DNA from: Eledone cirrhosa
Taxonomy: Eukaryota
NCBI GenBank assembly: GCA_964016885.1
Contig: OZ024741.1
Span: 327,918,001-327,982,000, forward strand
Length of the DNA stretch: 64,000 bases
Reading direction: 5' to 3'
Numbering within the stretch: position 1 is the first letter of the stretch; every line of letters begins with the position of its first letter. The notes below the pieces were generated by a model. The model saw only the letters and a program-made list of their open reading frames with translations. It was not told the DNA's origin and did not search any database. A program made the translations under genes and the position numbers. Shown piece by piece: positions 13,565 to 30,978 of this stretch.

Positions 13565-15925
13565 ATGGGTAATATCTTTCCTACGAGGTTACCCTTTAAT
13601 AAAAGAGTTTGCATACCACAGCAAATAGTTGACGAGACGGAGGCACAGTTCACCATAGCTAGAAATAAGATTAGACAAGTAGTAGACAGGTACACTATGA
13701 GACAGAGCAGACCAGAGGCCCAACAACTTGGGATAAAACCTGTAGAAGGCTTGGTTAGCCTCAAGCAGCGCACAAGGGATGGTGAGGTAGTGTGTCTACC
13801 CACAGATAAGTCTGGTAGGATGTCAATAGATAGCATGCCGAACTACATCGAGGCAATGCAACCCCACATCACCAACACGAGCGAAGTTGCACAACTAACA
13901 CATGATGGGAGAGAAAAAATCCTCAACGCTCACATCATGATGTGGACTGACATCCTAAAGCCAAGCAGACGCACTGCCAACAACTTCCAGGCGTCTAACA
14001 ATGGCATACCACCCTTGTATGGGCTCCGCAAAGACCACAAGACAGTCGACGACCCGACAACAGGACCACCAACAAGACCCGTATGCGGAGCTAATATAGC
14101 TAGCAACTACAGGATCTCCTACTTACTCTCAATGGTTATACGCCCCATAATCAAGATGTCCCCAGATGTATGTGAAAGTACAGAGGACCTCCTCAGCAGA
14201 ATCAGTGAGTGCAACAAAAACAGGAGCCTATCCAACTGCATAATAGGCAGCATGGATGTGGTGTCACTGTACTCATCCATTAACATTGATTTTGCTGTGA
14301 AAAGATGTGTGGAGATGATCATTGAGAGTGAGGTGGAGTTCTGCGACGTCGACACAGACGAACTGGGCCTCCTACTTAGACTTACCTACGACACTGAGTA
14401 CCTAGACAGCCATGACCTTAGAGGTTTCTGCCCTAGTAGACCTATAAGAGGTAGACCCCCCACCATAACCTCAATGGCTAAAAAGACTCCCATAGGAAGG
14501 TGGATTGGGTGGACCAAAGCTATACGGACCCCCCAAAACACTGATCAGGTAAGGAAAATGGTCGCACATGCAATAGGGGCTAGTATCAAAACTACCCTAA
14601 AGGGCCACATATTTAAGTTCAATGAGAAAATCTACACCCAAAATGAGGGAGCAGCCATCGGCGTCAGCATAGCTGGTGATGTTGCCAACCTTTTCATGGT
14701 ATGGTGGGAAAGGAGACTTAAAGATCTCCTTAATGAAAGCTCCATAGACCTCATCATGTACTCTCGTTATGTAGACGATATCAATATAGTTATAAGAACA
14801 CCCCCACTAGAGAGCACTAACAAGTTTGATTTAGAACGTAGCACGATGGAAAGCATCCAGCAGATAGCTAATTCCATACACCAGAGTATAACTGTAACTA
14901 TAGACTTCCCTTCCAAACACCCTAACAATAGACTACCTGTATTAGACACAGAACTCTGGTTTAACACTATAGACGAGAGAGCCCAAATTCTCCACTCACA
15001 CTATGCTAAACCCATGGCCTCCAAATACCTGGTACTCAAAAACTCAGCAATGTCCAGTAGTGCTAAGTTTAATATTCTGATCGCAGATTTGGTACGAGTG
15101 ATGAAGAATGTGTCCAGCATGTGCGACCCAACAGAAATGGAAGGACACATCCAACACTTCATCAACCGCATGCAGTTCTCTGGCTACAACCAAAGAGACA
15201 GAGTCAGAGTATACGAAGGAGCCATGGAAAAGTATAAGACCCTCATAGAACTGGACATGAAAGGAATTTGCCCACTATACAGGAGCAAATCATGGAATAG
15301 CTTAGATAGGGCTAGACATAAGATAGGGAAGGCCACATCATGGTACGACAACCAGAGATATCAGAGTGTCATGTTTGTGGACGCCACCCCTGGAGGGAAA
15401 TTAGCTAACCAGTGTAGAAAGGTCCTGAGAAAGACCCACTTAAAAATAAAGGTGGTAGAAAAGCCAGGAACCACCATAAAATCCCTGATCAGCAAAACCC
15501 ACCCTTTTAAGAAAACCCACTGTACCAATAGGAAATGTATCATATGTAAGGTGAACCCCCGGATAAACTGTAAAACTAGAAACGTAGTCTATAGCATAAG
15601 ATGTACAGAGGGTACTTGCAGAAACATGACAACAACATACATAGGTGAGACAGCTCGTAGCATAGGTGAAAGGATAGACCAACACTGGGGGGAACTAAAA
15701 GGACGAAAAAACGGGTCAGTACTATACGAACATGCTAGACAACAACATGACGGTAACATAGACAACATAGAAATTAGAATAATATCTAAACATAGGAATG
15801 ACCCAGCAGATAGGCAAATCAGAGAGGCCAGTGAAATAGAAATTAGAAGACCAAAGCTAAACAGAAAGAATGAGTGGAACAACAACAACACCCAAACAAA
15901 CAACACTGACCTAAGAGAAGTATAA
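13565..15925 (+). CDS. Penelope-like retroelement polyprotein: reverse transcriptase + C-terminal GIY-YIG endonuclease (Naiad-like), probably 5'-truncated
   Basis: Uninterrupted 786 aa; PTDKSG, MDVVSLYSSI, GAAIGVSIAGDVANLFMVWW, RYVDD, LPVLD, HYAKPMAS, then CxxxxCxxC...VVYSIRC...YIGET..S..ER..QH...HxxxxH; the frame stays open up to the inversion junction at ~13540. Confidence 0.93.
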   Translation: MGNIFPTRLPFNKRVCIPQQIVDETEAQFTIARNKIRQVVDRYTMRQSRPEAQQLGIKPVEGLVSLKQRTRDGEVVCLPTDKSGRMSIDSMPNYIEAMQPHITNTSEVAQLTHDGREKILNAHIMMWTDILKPSRRTANNFQASNNGIPPLYGLRKDHKTVDDPTTGPPTRPVCGANIASNYRISYLLSMVIRPIIKMSPDVCESTEDLLSRISECNKNRSLSNCIIGSMDVVSLYSSINIDFAVKRCVEMIIESEVEFCDVDTDELGLLLRLTYDTEYLDSHDLRGFCPSRPIRGRPPTITSMAKKTPIGRWIGWTKAIRTPQNTDQVRKMVAHAIGASIKTTLKGHIFKFNEKIYTQNEGAAIGVSIAGDVANLFMVWWERRLKDLLNESSIDLIMYSRYVDDINIVIRTPPLESTNKFDLERSTMESIQQIANSIHQSITVTIDFPSKHPNNRLPVLDTELWFNTIDERAQILHSHYAKPMASKYLVLKNSAMSSSAKFNILIADLVRVMKNVSSMCDPTEMEGHIQHFINRMQFSGYNQRDRVRVYEGAMEKYKTLIELDMKGICPLYRSKSWNSLDRARHKIGKATSWYDNQRYQSVMFVDATPGGKLANQCRKVLRKTHLKIKVVEKPGTTIKSLISKTHPFKKTHCTNRKCIICKVNPRINCKTRNVVYSIRCTEGTCRNMTTTYIGETARSIGERIDQHWGELKGRKNGSVLYEHARQQHDGNIDNIEIRIISKHRNDPADRQIREASEIEIRRPKLNRKNEWNNNNTQTNNTDLREV

Positions 15926-16192
15926 ATAAGTAAATAAAATAAAATTAAATAAAATAAGATAAATAAATACATACACAAGCACATAAACACACACTAGTCA
16001 CCCAGCAGACACAACACTATACACACTAGTCACACATCACACATAACACTATACACACACGCAAACGCATGCGCAAAGAAGACAAAATAAAATAAGATAA
16101 ACAAACAAGCAAATAAATAAATAAATATATAGACAGACTGAACAAAAAAATGGCGTAGACATACAACACAACAGGAGGAACAATGAATATAA

Positions 16193-16234
16193 CACCACTG
16201 ACGATGTTGCAGATGTGCAACGAAAGATTTATGT
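16193..16234 (+). ncRNA. Possible minimal hammerhead in the Naiad-like pLTR (mirrored at ~12750-12790 on minus)
   Basis: CUGACGA-U-GUUGCA-GAUG-UGCAAC-GAAA-GAUUUA; the core and stem II are good but stem I is only ~2 bp. Confidence 0.45.
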
Positions 16235-16447
16235 AAATTATGTAAACTATATATATGTGTTTGTGTCTATATTGTATCTGTATTATTTTTGACCACCGGT
16301 CAGTCAATGGCAACATTGAGGACCGAGTAAGTTAGATCGCAGATATATATATATAAAAGACAGCGAGAAGCGAAAACCAACCAAACAGTGAGTGTGTTCT
16401 GTTATTAATTCTGGCAATATTACGCAAATATGACCCTCCCCAAATAT

Positions 16448-16544
<97 letters not shown>

Positions 16545-17074
16545 TGATGGCATGTATATTATGTCTTCGGGTATACATAACATCTCAATGAAAAGATATC
16601 TTTAAAACACCCTATTCAGGGATTTAAATATATATATTTGTATAGAACATCTTCTACATATCACTAATGTCACTAATTTGTCGATAAAATATCGTTCCCT
16701 TAATTTCGAACGCATCATGCTGGATGGCTGAGAGACAAGATCTCTCTTAACAGGTATATATGAGTCTTGTACTATATCAGAAAACTCCATCGGAAGTAGA
16801 CTACGGATACTGGAAATGATGATCATATCATTTTATTGATTGGTATTAATTATTCTCCGATTCAGAAACTGTAAAATTAGTCGAAGAATTTGATCGGATA
16901 ACGATGACTACATGAAGCTATTGAAGTGATCTGACTTATTTATTTTTCAATTCATATGCTGTTTTTACGATCAGGAATTTAGATCAAGCTCCTTAAATTT
17001 AAGTTGCTTGAGATTTTTTTTATATATCCCAAGGAACGATATTTGATCGACCCGTGTGTGCTATGTATAAGATG

Positions 17075-18412
<1,338 letters not shown>

Positions 18413-18427
18413 ATATATATATATATA

Positions 18428-19480
18428 TATCATAAAATATGTCGTTAGAATCACTAATATAATATATACCATTTCCTCTCCCAATTAGTATAATTAACCA
18501 TATAAAAAATCAATTAGATCAAGCTATAAGAATAAAGGCTCCTATGAAGAAATCTCCGACAAATAACCGAAAGCAGCCCCTTCGCGGTTGCTATAATAGA
18601 TTATTTATCTAACATTTCGATAGCATGTAAAAATCGACCAGATATACAGTCAACTAAACACAATTATTTGTAAAATTGAACTTAGAAGAATTGCGTACAT
18701 ACCTAATTATCTCTACCATGATTTCATCCGAACTTTAAGACATCCGATAACAAAGAATGTCCAGAGCTTCGGAATCATCAGGAGCGAGCTCAAAATAAGA
18801 CATTTAATTTTCCAAAGTGATCGCGCCAAAAATACATCAATTTAATTTATTAATTTCTCATTGAGCCACAACGTGACCGGTTGCAAAACACATATATATC
18901 TATGACTTTATATATATATATATGTAAATCTGTATATGTAATATTCTCCCGTTAGGTTGAGATACAATTTGGCGGTATTAGGCTGCGCTTTCTAGCAATA
19001 AGCCTACCCGCCGTAAGCAACTAATCTAACTTTACGCTGCCACGTCACGATTCTTAGACATTTTTGAATGTATTTTTGGCGCCATCACTTTGCAAAATTA
19101 AATGTCTTATTTTGAGCTCGCTCCTGATGATTCAGAAGCTCTGGACATTCCTTGTTATCGGATGTCTTAAAATACGGATGAAACCATGGTAGAGATAATT
19201 AGGTATGTACGCAATTCTTCTAAGTTCAATTTTACACCTAATTGTGTTTAGTTGACTGTATATCTGGTCGAGTTTTACATGCTGTCGAAATGTTAGATAA
19301 ATAATCTATTGTAGCCACCGCGAAGGGGCTGCTTTCGGTTATTTGTCGGAGATTTCTTCATAGGAGCCTTTATTATTATAGCTTGGTCTAATTGATGTTT
19401 TATATGGTTAATTATACTAATTGGGAGAGCAAATGGTATATATTATATCTAGTGATTCTAAAGACATATTTTATGATATA
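18428..19480. mobile_element. Fold-back element with ~410-bp imperfect inverted arms (18428-18840 / 19065-19478), each carrying an HHR
   Basis: Arms are reverse complements with scattered substitutions; no ORF. Confidence 0.88.
19121..19194 (+). ncRNA. Type I hammerhead ribozyme motif with extended stem II (inverted copy at 18711-18784)
   Basis: CUC-CUGAUGA-U-[~47 nt; UCCGAA/UUCGGA and GACAUUC/GGAUGUC helices in the minus copy]-U-GAAAC-CAUG-GUA/GAG. Confidence 0.75.
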
Positions 19481-19585
19481 TAGCTCTGATTATTTCATTT
19501 AATTTATTAATTTCTCATTCAGCCACAACGTGACCGGTTGCAACACACATATATATCTATGACTTTATATATATATGTAAATTTT

Positions 19586-19648
<63 letters not shown>

Positions 19649-20518
19649 TGAGAGAGAGAGAGAGAGAGAAAGAGAGTGAGTGAGAGAGAGAGGATTGGAT
19701 AAAAAATATATCTACTTTTTCTTCAAATTCTCTTGACAAGCTGAAACCTCGCCACTTGAGTGCACCTTAAATGCGCAGTGCACAGTCGGGACTTTAAAGA
19801 AAAATAAGCCATATTTTTGTCTATTTTCTCTTTACACTTATATTTTTATTTAGCGATGATTAATTGATAATTTATTTAATTCATTCATTTATCAAGCAAA
19901 ACTAGTAACATTTGACACCACAAATACATGTGTTTACAAGTATGTATCTAAATGTATATGTGCTTCTATAAATTGTCCTTTTTCGTTGAGTAAAACTTTG
20001 GGGTGAAATAGAGGGCTTTTATGCCAGCTCTATTACTCGACAACAGGCTACACTTTCCTAAACTTCTGGATGACCGTAAAACCACTTGATAATTTTCACT
20101 TTCAAAAATGACTCTGGCAAGCAACGATAAGTTCGGAGAATCTGTCCTTACACTGGGGGAATCGTTTGACAAGCGGATACCTCACAGCTTGAGTGAATTG
20201 TAGATGCAGTACACAAGATTCTGAAGAACAAGTTTTGTGTATGTCTTCATACTTATAATTTTATATATATATATATAGATATATACGTGTGTGTGGGGGG
20301 GTGCATGTGTGTGTACATATATATATATCAGAGTGTTGTAGTTTGATTGAACCATTGTTGAATAGGAAACACAAATTTAAATTTAAATAATTTAGAAAAC
20401 CGTAAAATGTACTAAAAATTAAATTAGCATACATTAGCAAATTTTCCAAGGTAAGATTCTTTTATTATCTTAGCAATTTCACTTTGCTTCCTAGTGAATT
20501 GTGTGGTTTTCAAAATTA

Positions 20519-20605
<87 letters not shown>

Positions 20606-20619
20606 ATGTGTGTATTTAT

Positions 20620-21335
20620 ATGTATTTTAATTTCGTATTCCTAAAGAAATACGGTATGTCTATGAATAAACATTTGGAAAGCCTTAGCTATGAAAATCGC
20701 AGCCAGCTAACGCCACCCAGTGGCGTCCAGCAGAAGCAAGGAGGACAATCGTCGATGCATTTCGAACTCAACTGGTACTCATCATGACGACTCCTACCGC
20801 TCTTGCAACTGCTGGACTTTGAAAACAAGCGAAAACAGATTTTTTTGTCTGCGTAAATGAGATGATTAATGCCATTGGCATATGAAGCTGTATAAGTTGG
20901 CTCAACTTATAATAGAATAGAATTAGAATTTAGCTTCGAACATAGCTGTAAACAAATATGTATTATAGTTTCGTATTTCTAAAACATACGGTATGTTAAT
21001 AAATAAACATTTAGAAAACCATCGCTATGAAAAACACTGGCAGCTGACGCCACCCAGTGGTGTCCGGCAGAAGCAAGGGGAACAATCGTCGATGCATTTT
21101 GAACTCAACAGGTTCTCTTTAGGACGATCTCTCCCACTCTTGGTACTGCTGAACTTTGGAAACAGCCTAAAATATATAGTTTTTTCGTCTGTGTAAAAAT
21201 GAGGTGATTAATCTCATTTGTATATGAAGCTGTATAAGCTGGCTCAACTTATAATAGAATAGAATTAGAATTTTGCTTCGAACATAGCTGTATAGAAATA
21301 ATTTATTAGAATTTCGTATTTCCAAAGAAATACGC
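20620..21335 (-). repeat. Diverged ~337-bp tandem dimer, each unit with a mutated HHR (20747-20792, 21084-21128)
   Basis: AGUCGUC-AUGAUGA-GUAC..GUUC-GAAA-UGCA-UC/GACGAUU and AUCGUC-CUAAAGA-GAAC..GUUC-AAAA-UGCA-UC/GACGAU; their consensus is a canonical minimal HHR. Confidence 0.75.
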
Positions 21336-21599
21336 CATGTTATTATAAGTTGAGCCAATTGATACAGCTTCATTTGTAAGAAGTTGTTCAGATTAAAATA
21401 GAAATATATAAAGAAGTAATAAAGTTTGCCTCTGTTGTTTTGAGTCATTTATATGCTCCGAACTGATCTTTGGTGTTAATTTCTCAAAGCACAGGTAACT
21501 CCCAGCATCAGCAAAATGATTATGTAAAGGTCACTATCTATTGGCCAGAGTTAGTTTTACAACGAAATCCTCAAGTCATTTGAATTCCTTAGTGGCACA

Positions 21600-22605
21600 A
21601 TTATCAGAGATTTGGCTTCATCTTGTTCAAGAATCAGGTCTGTCAGGGATTTGATCCTTTATTGTCGGCAAATCCATTCAGATCATTCTTGAATTATAGG
21701 TTTGAAGTTCGCCCAGGGGCTGCTTTATACATCCCGATCCTGTCTATTTGGTCACAACCAGAAAACTGCATGCGGTGTATAAAGTGCTGTACATGTCTCT
21801 TTGACTCTCGCACATGCGGGAAACATTTCTCATCAGTCTTACCAGGTCGGCTATCAAGATATTGAACTTAGCTCTATTTGAGATAGCTGAATTCCGGTGG
21901 AGAATGAATTTGGAGGGCGTGTGTTAGCGACAATTTGAATGGAGTATTTGGGCTTTATCGTTCCTAGTTTCCATCCAGAGTTGTCTGTCTAACACAGGTA
22001 ATCTATGGAAGGGGTGCTGATTGGGTGGTCTATTGTTACCTTAATACTCTTGTGAATGTAGTTAGCTATTTGATGGATGCTCTCCATAGTTATATCTTCT
22101 AATTCCGATTCTTGGGTATACTCTTCTGTGGTAATTTTAACTATTAAATTAGTAACGTTAACATAGAGAGAGTACGTGGCTATGGCTATGGAATTCTTTG
22201 TAATTCGTTGCCACCACACCATAAACAGATTCGTAAGATTGCCAGCGACGGTGACTCCGATGACCACTCTTTCCTCTTCGCTGTACGTTTTATTGTTGAA
22301 CTTAAAAACATGTCCCTTTAGGGTAGTTTTAATACTCACTTACACTGCGTGCACAATCATCCATCTCACCTGGTCGTGGTTTTCGAAGGTCCGTATGGCT
22401 CTGGTCTACCCGCTCTATCTTTCCCGGGTGGCATTTTGGCCATTGGCCTGGTGTTGGGAGGTCTACCTCTTAGAGGTCTAATAGGACAGAAACAGCTAAA
22501 TTTATATTCATCAAAATATTCTATGTCAAAGGCAAGAATAAGGAGAAGTCCCAGTTTCTCAGTGTCAACTCTTCAGTATATCACATGGTTGATCATAGCC
22601 ATGCA
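21600..22605 (-). mobile_element. Old, degenerate Naiad-like PLE RT fragment
   Basis: SIKTTLKGHVFKFNNKTYS...IGVTVAGNLTNLFMVWW...MESIHQIANYIHKSIKVTID is similar to the 786-aa ORF. Confidence 0.88.
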
Positions 22606-23029
22606 TTTTCTAAAAGCAAGTCTCGATAGACGCTAATATGCGAGAAAGGCGTCGATTATCCCCCTAACCCCCCAACCCCACCCCTGTTTTTTCCGAGACT
22701 AGGTGTGTGAGGATTGTTACAACCATAAAAGTTCTTCGCCAAAGGCCTTCAAATGATTTTCATAAACATTCAATATGTTATTCAATATACAATATTCAAA
22801 TTCATATGTATATCGCTATGCCGGAGCACCAATATTTCTTTTAAATTTAGCCTGGCGGGCTACCGCTCAATTTGCAAATGAGTTTCATCAGCTTATTAAT
22901 ATTTGCTGAATTCTATGAGATTCTAGCTTACATTAGCGTCATCAAAGACGGAAAGATATGTAGTCTCGATAAACGCTGATAAGCGAGAAACGCGTCTATT
23001 ACATCCCCTTGTTTTTTTCGAGGATGTGT

Positions 23030-26172
<3,143 letters not shown>

Positions 26173-26188
26173 ACACCTCTATTCTTTG

Positions 26189-26234
<46 letters not shown>

Positions 26235-26239
<5 letters not shown>

Positions 26240-26692
26240 TGCTACTGTACGTCTGTATACATATATGTATGTACGTATACATACATACTTACATTTAAGT
26301 AAGTGCCATACTAAGAGTGAGAAATGAAATTTCGTTTTCATTTTTTCAAGTTATCGTTTTCGGTATGCCTGACCGACTTAACTCACTCAATATGCAAATT
26401 AAGCTGCTCAGCCGTTAATTTTCATAAGGAAAGTATATACTTTCGAACGTTCAACTATCTGGCAGATGGGTATACGGTGCTGATGATAGCTAACAAGCTT
26501 GAAACTAGTACATCGTTCCTGTGTCAGTGTTGAACAAAAAGGTGACGTGGTTGCCTTAACACCGTATGGCATAAATTCAGGCTGTTCAGTTTGTTTACAA
26601 ACGAACAAAGCGGCGTTATAATAAGCGTCCGCTAAACTGATGCGTGCATATATGAATGTGTACCTGTATGTATATATGTATATATATATATT

Positions 26693-26724
<32 letters not shown>

Positions 26725-27160
26725 CATATGCATGTTACTGTACGTCTGTATACATATATGTATGTACGTATACATACATACTTACATTTAAGTAAGTGCC
26801 ATACTAAGAGTGAGAAATGAAATTTCGTTTTCATTTTTTTCAACTTATCGTTTTCGGTATGCCTGACCGACTTAACTCACTCAATATGCAAATTAAGCTG
26901 CTCAGCCGTTAATTTTCATAAGGAAAGTATATACTTTCGAACGTTCAACTATCTGGCAGATGGGTATACGGTGCTGATGATAGCTAACAAGCTTGAAACT
27001 AGTACATCGTTCCTGTGTCAGTGTTGAACAAAAAGGTGACGTGGTTGCCTTAACACCGTATGGCATAAATTGAGGCTGTTCAGTTTGTTTACAAACGAAC
27101 AAAGCGGCGTTATAATAAGCGTCCGCTAAACTGATGCGTGCATATATGAATGTGTACCTG

Positions 27161-27240
<80 letters not shown>

Positions 27241-27353
27241 TGCTACTGTACGTCTGTATACATATATGTATGTACGTATACATACATACTTACATTTAAG
27301 TAAGTGCCATACTAAGAGTGAGAAATGAAATTTCGTTTTCATTTTTTTCAACT
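26235..27353 (+). mobile_element. Tandem array (~2.2 copies) of a ~494-bp non-coding unit with one minimal HHR per unit: non-LTR retrozyme-like
   Basis: HHR motifs at 26474 and 26968 (period 494); units near-identical apart from (TA)n length. Confidence 0.88.
26474..26516 (+). ncRNA. Minimal type I hammerhead ribozyme (identical copy at 26968-27010)
   Basis: ACGGUG-CUGAUGA-U-AGCU-AACA-AGCU-U-GAAAC-UA-GUA/CAUCGU; 6-bp stem I, palindromic ACUAGU. Confidence 0.85.
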
Positions 27354-27667
27354 TATATATATATTTATATATCTATATCCAAAATTAAGATAAATCAAAT
27401 TGAATTTAGTCTAAATCAAAATTATGGGTGCCATGCCAGAAAGGCATGCGCCATATCACCCGTAAAATAATCTCCAAGATTCTAAGGAAAATGTCCGAGC
27501 ATTTTATAACAACTAGAAATTGATTAACATATAAATAAACATATGAAACAATCACAGGGGATAATTTTTACATATATTACACACTTGTAAAAATTATCCC
27601 CTGTGATTGTTTCATATGTTTATTTATATGTTAAACAATTTATAGTTGTTATATATATTTATATATG

Positions 27668-27754
27668 AAGGCACATGGCTTAGTAGTTTGAGCATTGGCC
27701 TTGCAATCGAAAGGTTGTCGGTTCAATTCTCAGATCGGGTGATGTGTTAAAGTC

Positions 27755-27826
<72 letters not shown>

Positions 27827-28275
27827 GTCTGATGTGTGAATGTGTGTTTCTTTATATATCTATATACATAGGGAACGGGTGAAGAATTCAAGAGCACCCG
27901 CTTTGTCCGTTCCCTTCTCTAATCAGTTTGGATTGTCTCGGGAACGTAACCTTATTATATAAGAATCTGTCTGATAATGTCACGGCACTGGGTACACGTG
28001 ATGAGCAAGACACTTTATTTCACATTGCTCCAGTTTACTCAGCTGTAGAAATGAGATGATAGGGACTGGGAGTCCCTATCATTCCACCGCAAAGTGGACG
28101 TGGAGGTGCCACGGCAAAAAAGCACCCAGCACTCACTGTAAATGAGGTTGGTGTTAGGAAGGGCATCCAGCTGTAGAAATCAAGCCAGAATCAATTCCCG
28201 TCCCGCCCTTGCAATCAGGGAAAAAGGGGACGTAAAATGATGATGATGATGATGATGATGATGATGGTGGTGATG

Positions 28276-28277
<2 letters not shown>
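27668..28277 (+). mobile_element. tRNA-derived SINE with an RTE-derived 3' end, interrupted by a ~250-bp insert that is repeated at 28280-28530
   Basis: A/B boxes at 27668-27735; 3' part ggttggtgttaggaagggcatccagctgtagaa matches the RTE 3' UTR at ~1623-1657 (reverse complement); (ATG)n tail. Confidence 0.8.
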
Positions 28278-28357
<80 letters not shown>

Positions 28358-28628
28358 GTCTGATGTGTGAATGTGTGTTTCTTTATATATCTATATACAT
28401 AGGGAACGGGTGAAGAATTCAAGAGCACCCGCTTTGTCCGTTCCCTTCTCTAATCAGTTTGGATTGTCTCGGGAACGTAACCTTATTATATAAGAATCTG
28501 TCTGATAATGTCACGGCACTGGGTACACGTAATCGTGTGGCCTCTGTCGTCATTGAAATATGTATTACAGCATTATAAGGACTTTAACATCTGAAACTAC
28601 TTCGTGTTTTCATATCCTCTCTCTCTCT

Positions 28629-28700
<72 letters not shown>

Positions 28701-28928
28701 CATGTGGGTGTTTGTGTATATATGTTGTTATACAATCTTATATGAATATTTATCGGCTTATTTACTGAGGTATCTACAAGCTTATAGGTGGTAGCTTATA
28801 TGTCGTGGAATAATATACATATGTTGAGTTTTCTGCACGCATGTATCAATAGGAATATATATACACATACATACATTTAAAGATATGACTATATTTACAC
28901 AAGCACACAAATATATATACCCCCCCCC

Positions 28929-28976
<48 letters not shown>

Positions 28977-29661
28977 CGCACACATACACAAACACACACA
29001 CACACATATATATATATGTATACATACACACACAGATGTGTGTGTGTGTGTGTATGTGTTACCTATGGGAGTGTGTCTGGGTGCATGTGAGTGGTTCTAT
29101 ATGCGTATACGTGCCTTGTGTATAGGTAATTTTTACATGTATTATATTTTTCTAGGAAATTGTTATTTACCTGTATGTATAATATATATAATGGTATTAA
29201 TCTCAATACTCGTGTAAATACGATTGTGAGTGTGTGCTTGTATATACGATTGTGTAAATGTGTTTCTCGTGTGAACGGGTGCTTCTTGCCTGTTTGTCTA
29301 TATATGTGTCAGTTTGTGCATTTGTGTCTGTCGGAGTGCGTGTGCGATAATTTGTTTGTGTGTGTGAATTTTTTCATGTATATGGCTCAGTACGTTCGTA
29401 TATCTGGGTGTGTATTCTTAATATACTAAGAATGAACATAAGTTAATGTTTTATATTTTCTTAGATACGAACGCAATTTTATAATTATATTAATAAATGG
29501 ATACTGTTATAAATATAAAGTGGTTAGGACATGTTGTTGATGCTCTCAGCATAAATATATGTTTATATTTTAATAAGAGTACACAAGTATGAATAAGAAA
29601 AATGTTATATGCATACATTCCTACGAATACATACACACTAACACTAACATGTGCACACACA

Positions 29662-29710
<49 letters not shown>

Positions 29711-30099
29711 ATTACGTTATGATATACATAGTTTTATAAATATATAGATTATAATAAAAATACCTTTATATATACCGTTTATATCCAGGTATATTTCAAT
29801 GCACATACCACTAAGTGAAGATCGGTTTAATTTCTATAATGTACGTACACATAATTCTCGTACAATACCTTGTTTTACTACAATAACCACAATATATATT
29901 TCTGAGAAATTACATATTACGTAAACCAGCTTAGAATTGCGATCTTCAAATGATACGTTCACATACTTTCTTTCCTTGAATTATACATATGATATTATTT
30001 TCTTCATCATATTTATCTGTCATTATGATAGTCGTAGTCTTGCTAATGCAGATGATTATTGTAGTGATTTCGATTCTCGCTGGTGCATTTTCTGCGCTC

Positions 30100-30270
30100 A
30101 TCTAATCTACATCCCTGCTCACTGCTATCGGGGCGGAGCTTGCTGCCCGCAGGAACAAACTTCGCGAGGTGGAGTGACTGTTCCAGCACGTCTCCCTCGC
30201 TGTCGTCCGAGGCAATGTCTTCTCCGTCCTATCGGCTAGGACCAGGAGGCAGATTCACATTTAAATGTCA
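30100..30270 (+). mobile_element. 3'-terminal fragment of a CRE-like LINE
   Basis: Encodes TSLLTAIGAELAARRNKLREVE*LFQHVSLAVVRGN, similar to 59405-59480. Confidence 0.75.
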
Positions 30271-30277
30271 TTGATGT

Positions 30278-30450
30278 TAACCCCATGAGAGACTTAAATA
30301 ACCGATCTGATTGACTTGCTTGTTTGTAGAGCAAATTTAACTTAAATCTCTCCAAACAAGCAAGTCAATCCGATCGATTTTTTAAGTTTCTCATAGGGTT
30401 ACTCCCTTGATAATGGGTTTTTAAACCCGAAAATATTTAGGAACGTAAAA
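30278..30450 (+). repeat. ~125-bp hairpin followed by a possible U3-A8 variant HHR (~30400-30448)
   Basis: taaccccatgaga...tctcatagggtta palindrome; then UUGAUAA-U-GGGUU..AACCC-GAAAAUAUUUA. Confidence 0.5.
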
Positions 30451-30867
30451 TTTGCAAAGGTAAGATTCTTTTGTTATCTTGGCGATTTAACGTTCTTCCT
30501 AACGCATTGTTTTGGTTTTGTAAATGTGTGTTTCCTATTCAACAATGCTTCAAGCAAGCTACAAAACTCTGATATATATGTATGTATGTATTCAGTCAAT
30601 AAACAGAAGTAACAAAGCGACGACACAGTACATTGAAGAAAGATATTACATTAACGCTTTATATAACAGGTAAGGAGTGTTAATGCTTCTGACCACTAGT
30701 CCTTCATCAAAAGATACAATTAGAAATAAAAGATGAAATAGAATTATAAAGTTCGAAAAAAAGGAAGGAAAGAAAAAATTAAGAAAAAACACACGTACGT
30801 ATTCAGTCACCCATTTTAGAAAGGATATAACCATTGTATTTTTGCTCAGAACACTCCCTGAAACATA

Positions 30868-30978
30868 AGTATTACGTGTGTAAAGTTTGAAAACAGTCGG
30901 TTGGGTGGTTCTCGAGTTTTAGGGATTCGAACTCACACACACACAGACAGATATCCTCAGTTTTATATATATAGATAT
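30868..30978. mobile_element. Possible non-autonomous Helitron-like terminal fragment
   Basis: aaagtttgaaaacagtcggttgggtggttctcgag...acacacagacaga...ttttatatatatagat resembles termini of Lep1-like elements; resemblance only. Confidence 0.3.

Noticed and set aside
26235-27353. CRISPR-like array or prokaryotic system
   Set aside because: Long identical units without unique spacers, in a eukaryotic repeat context, with no cas-like ORFs.
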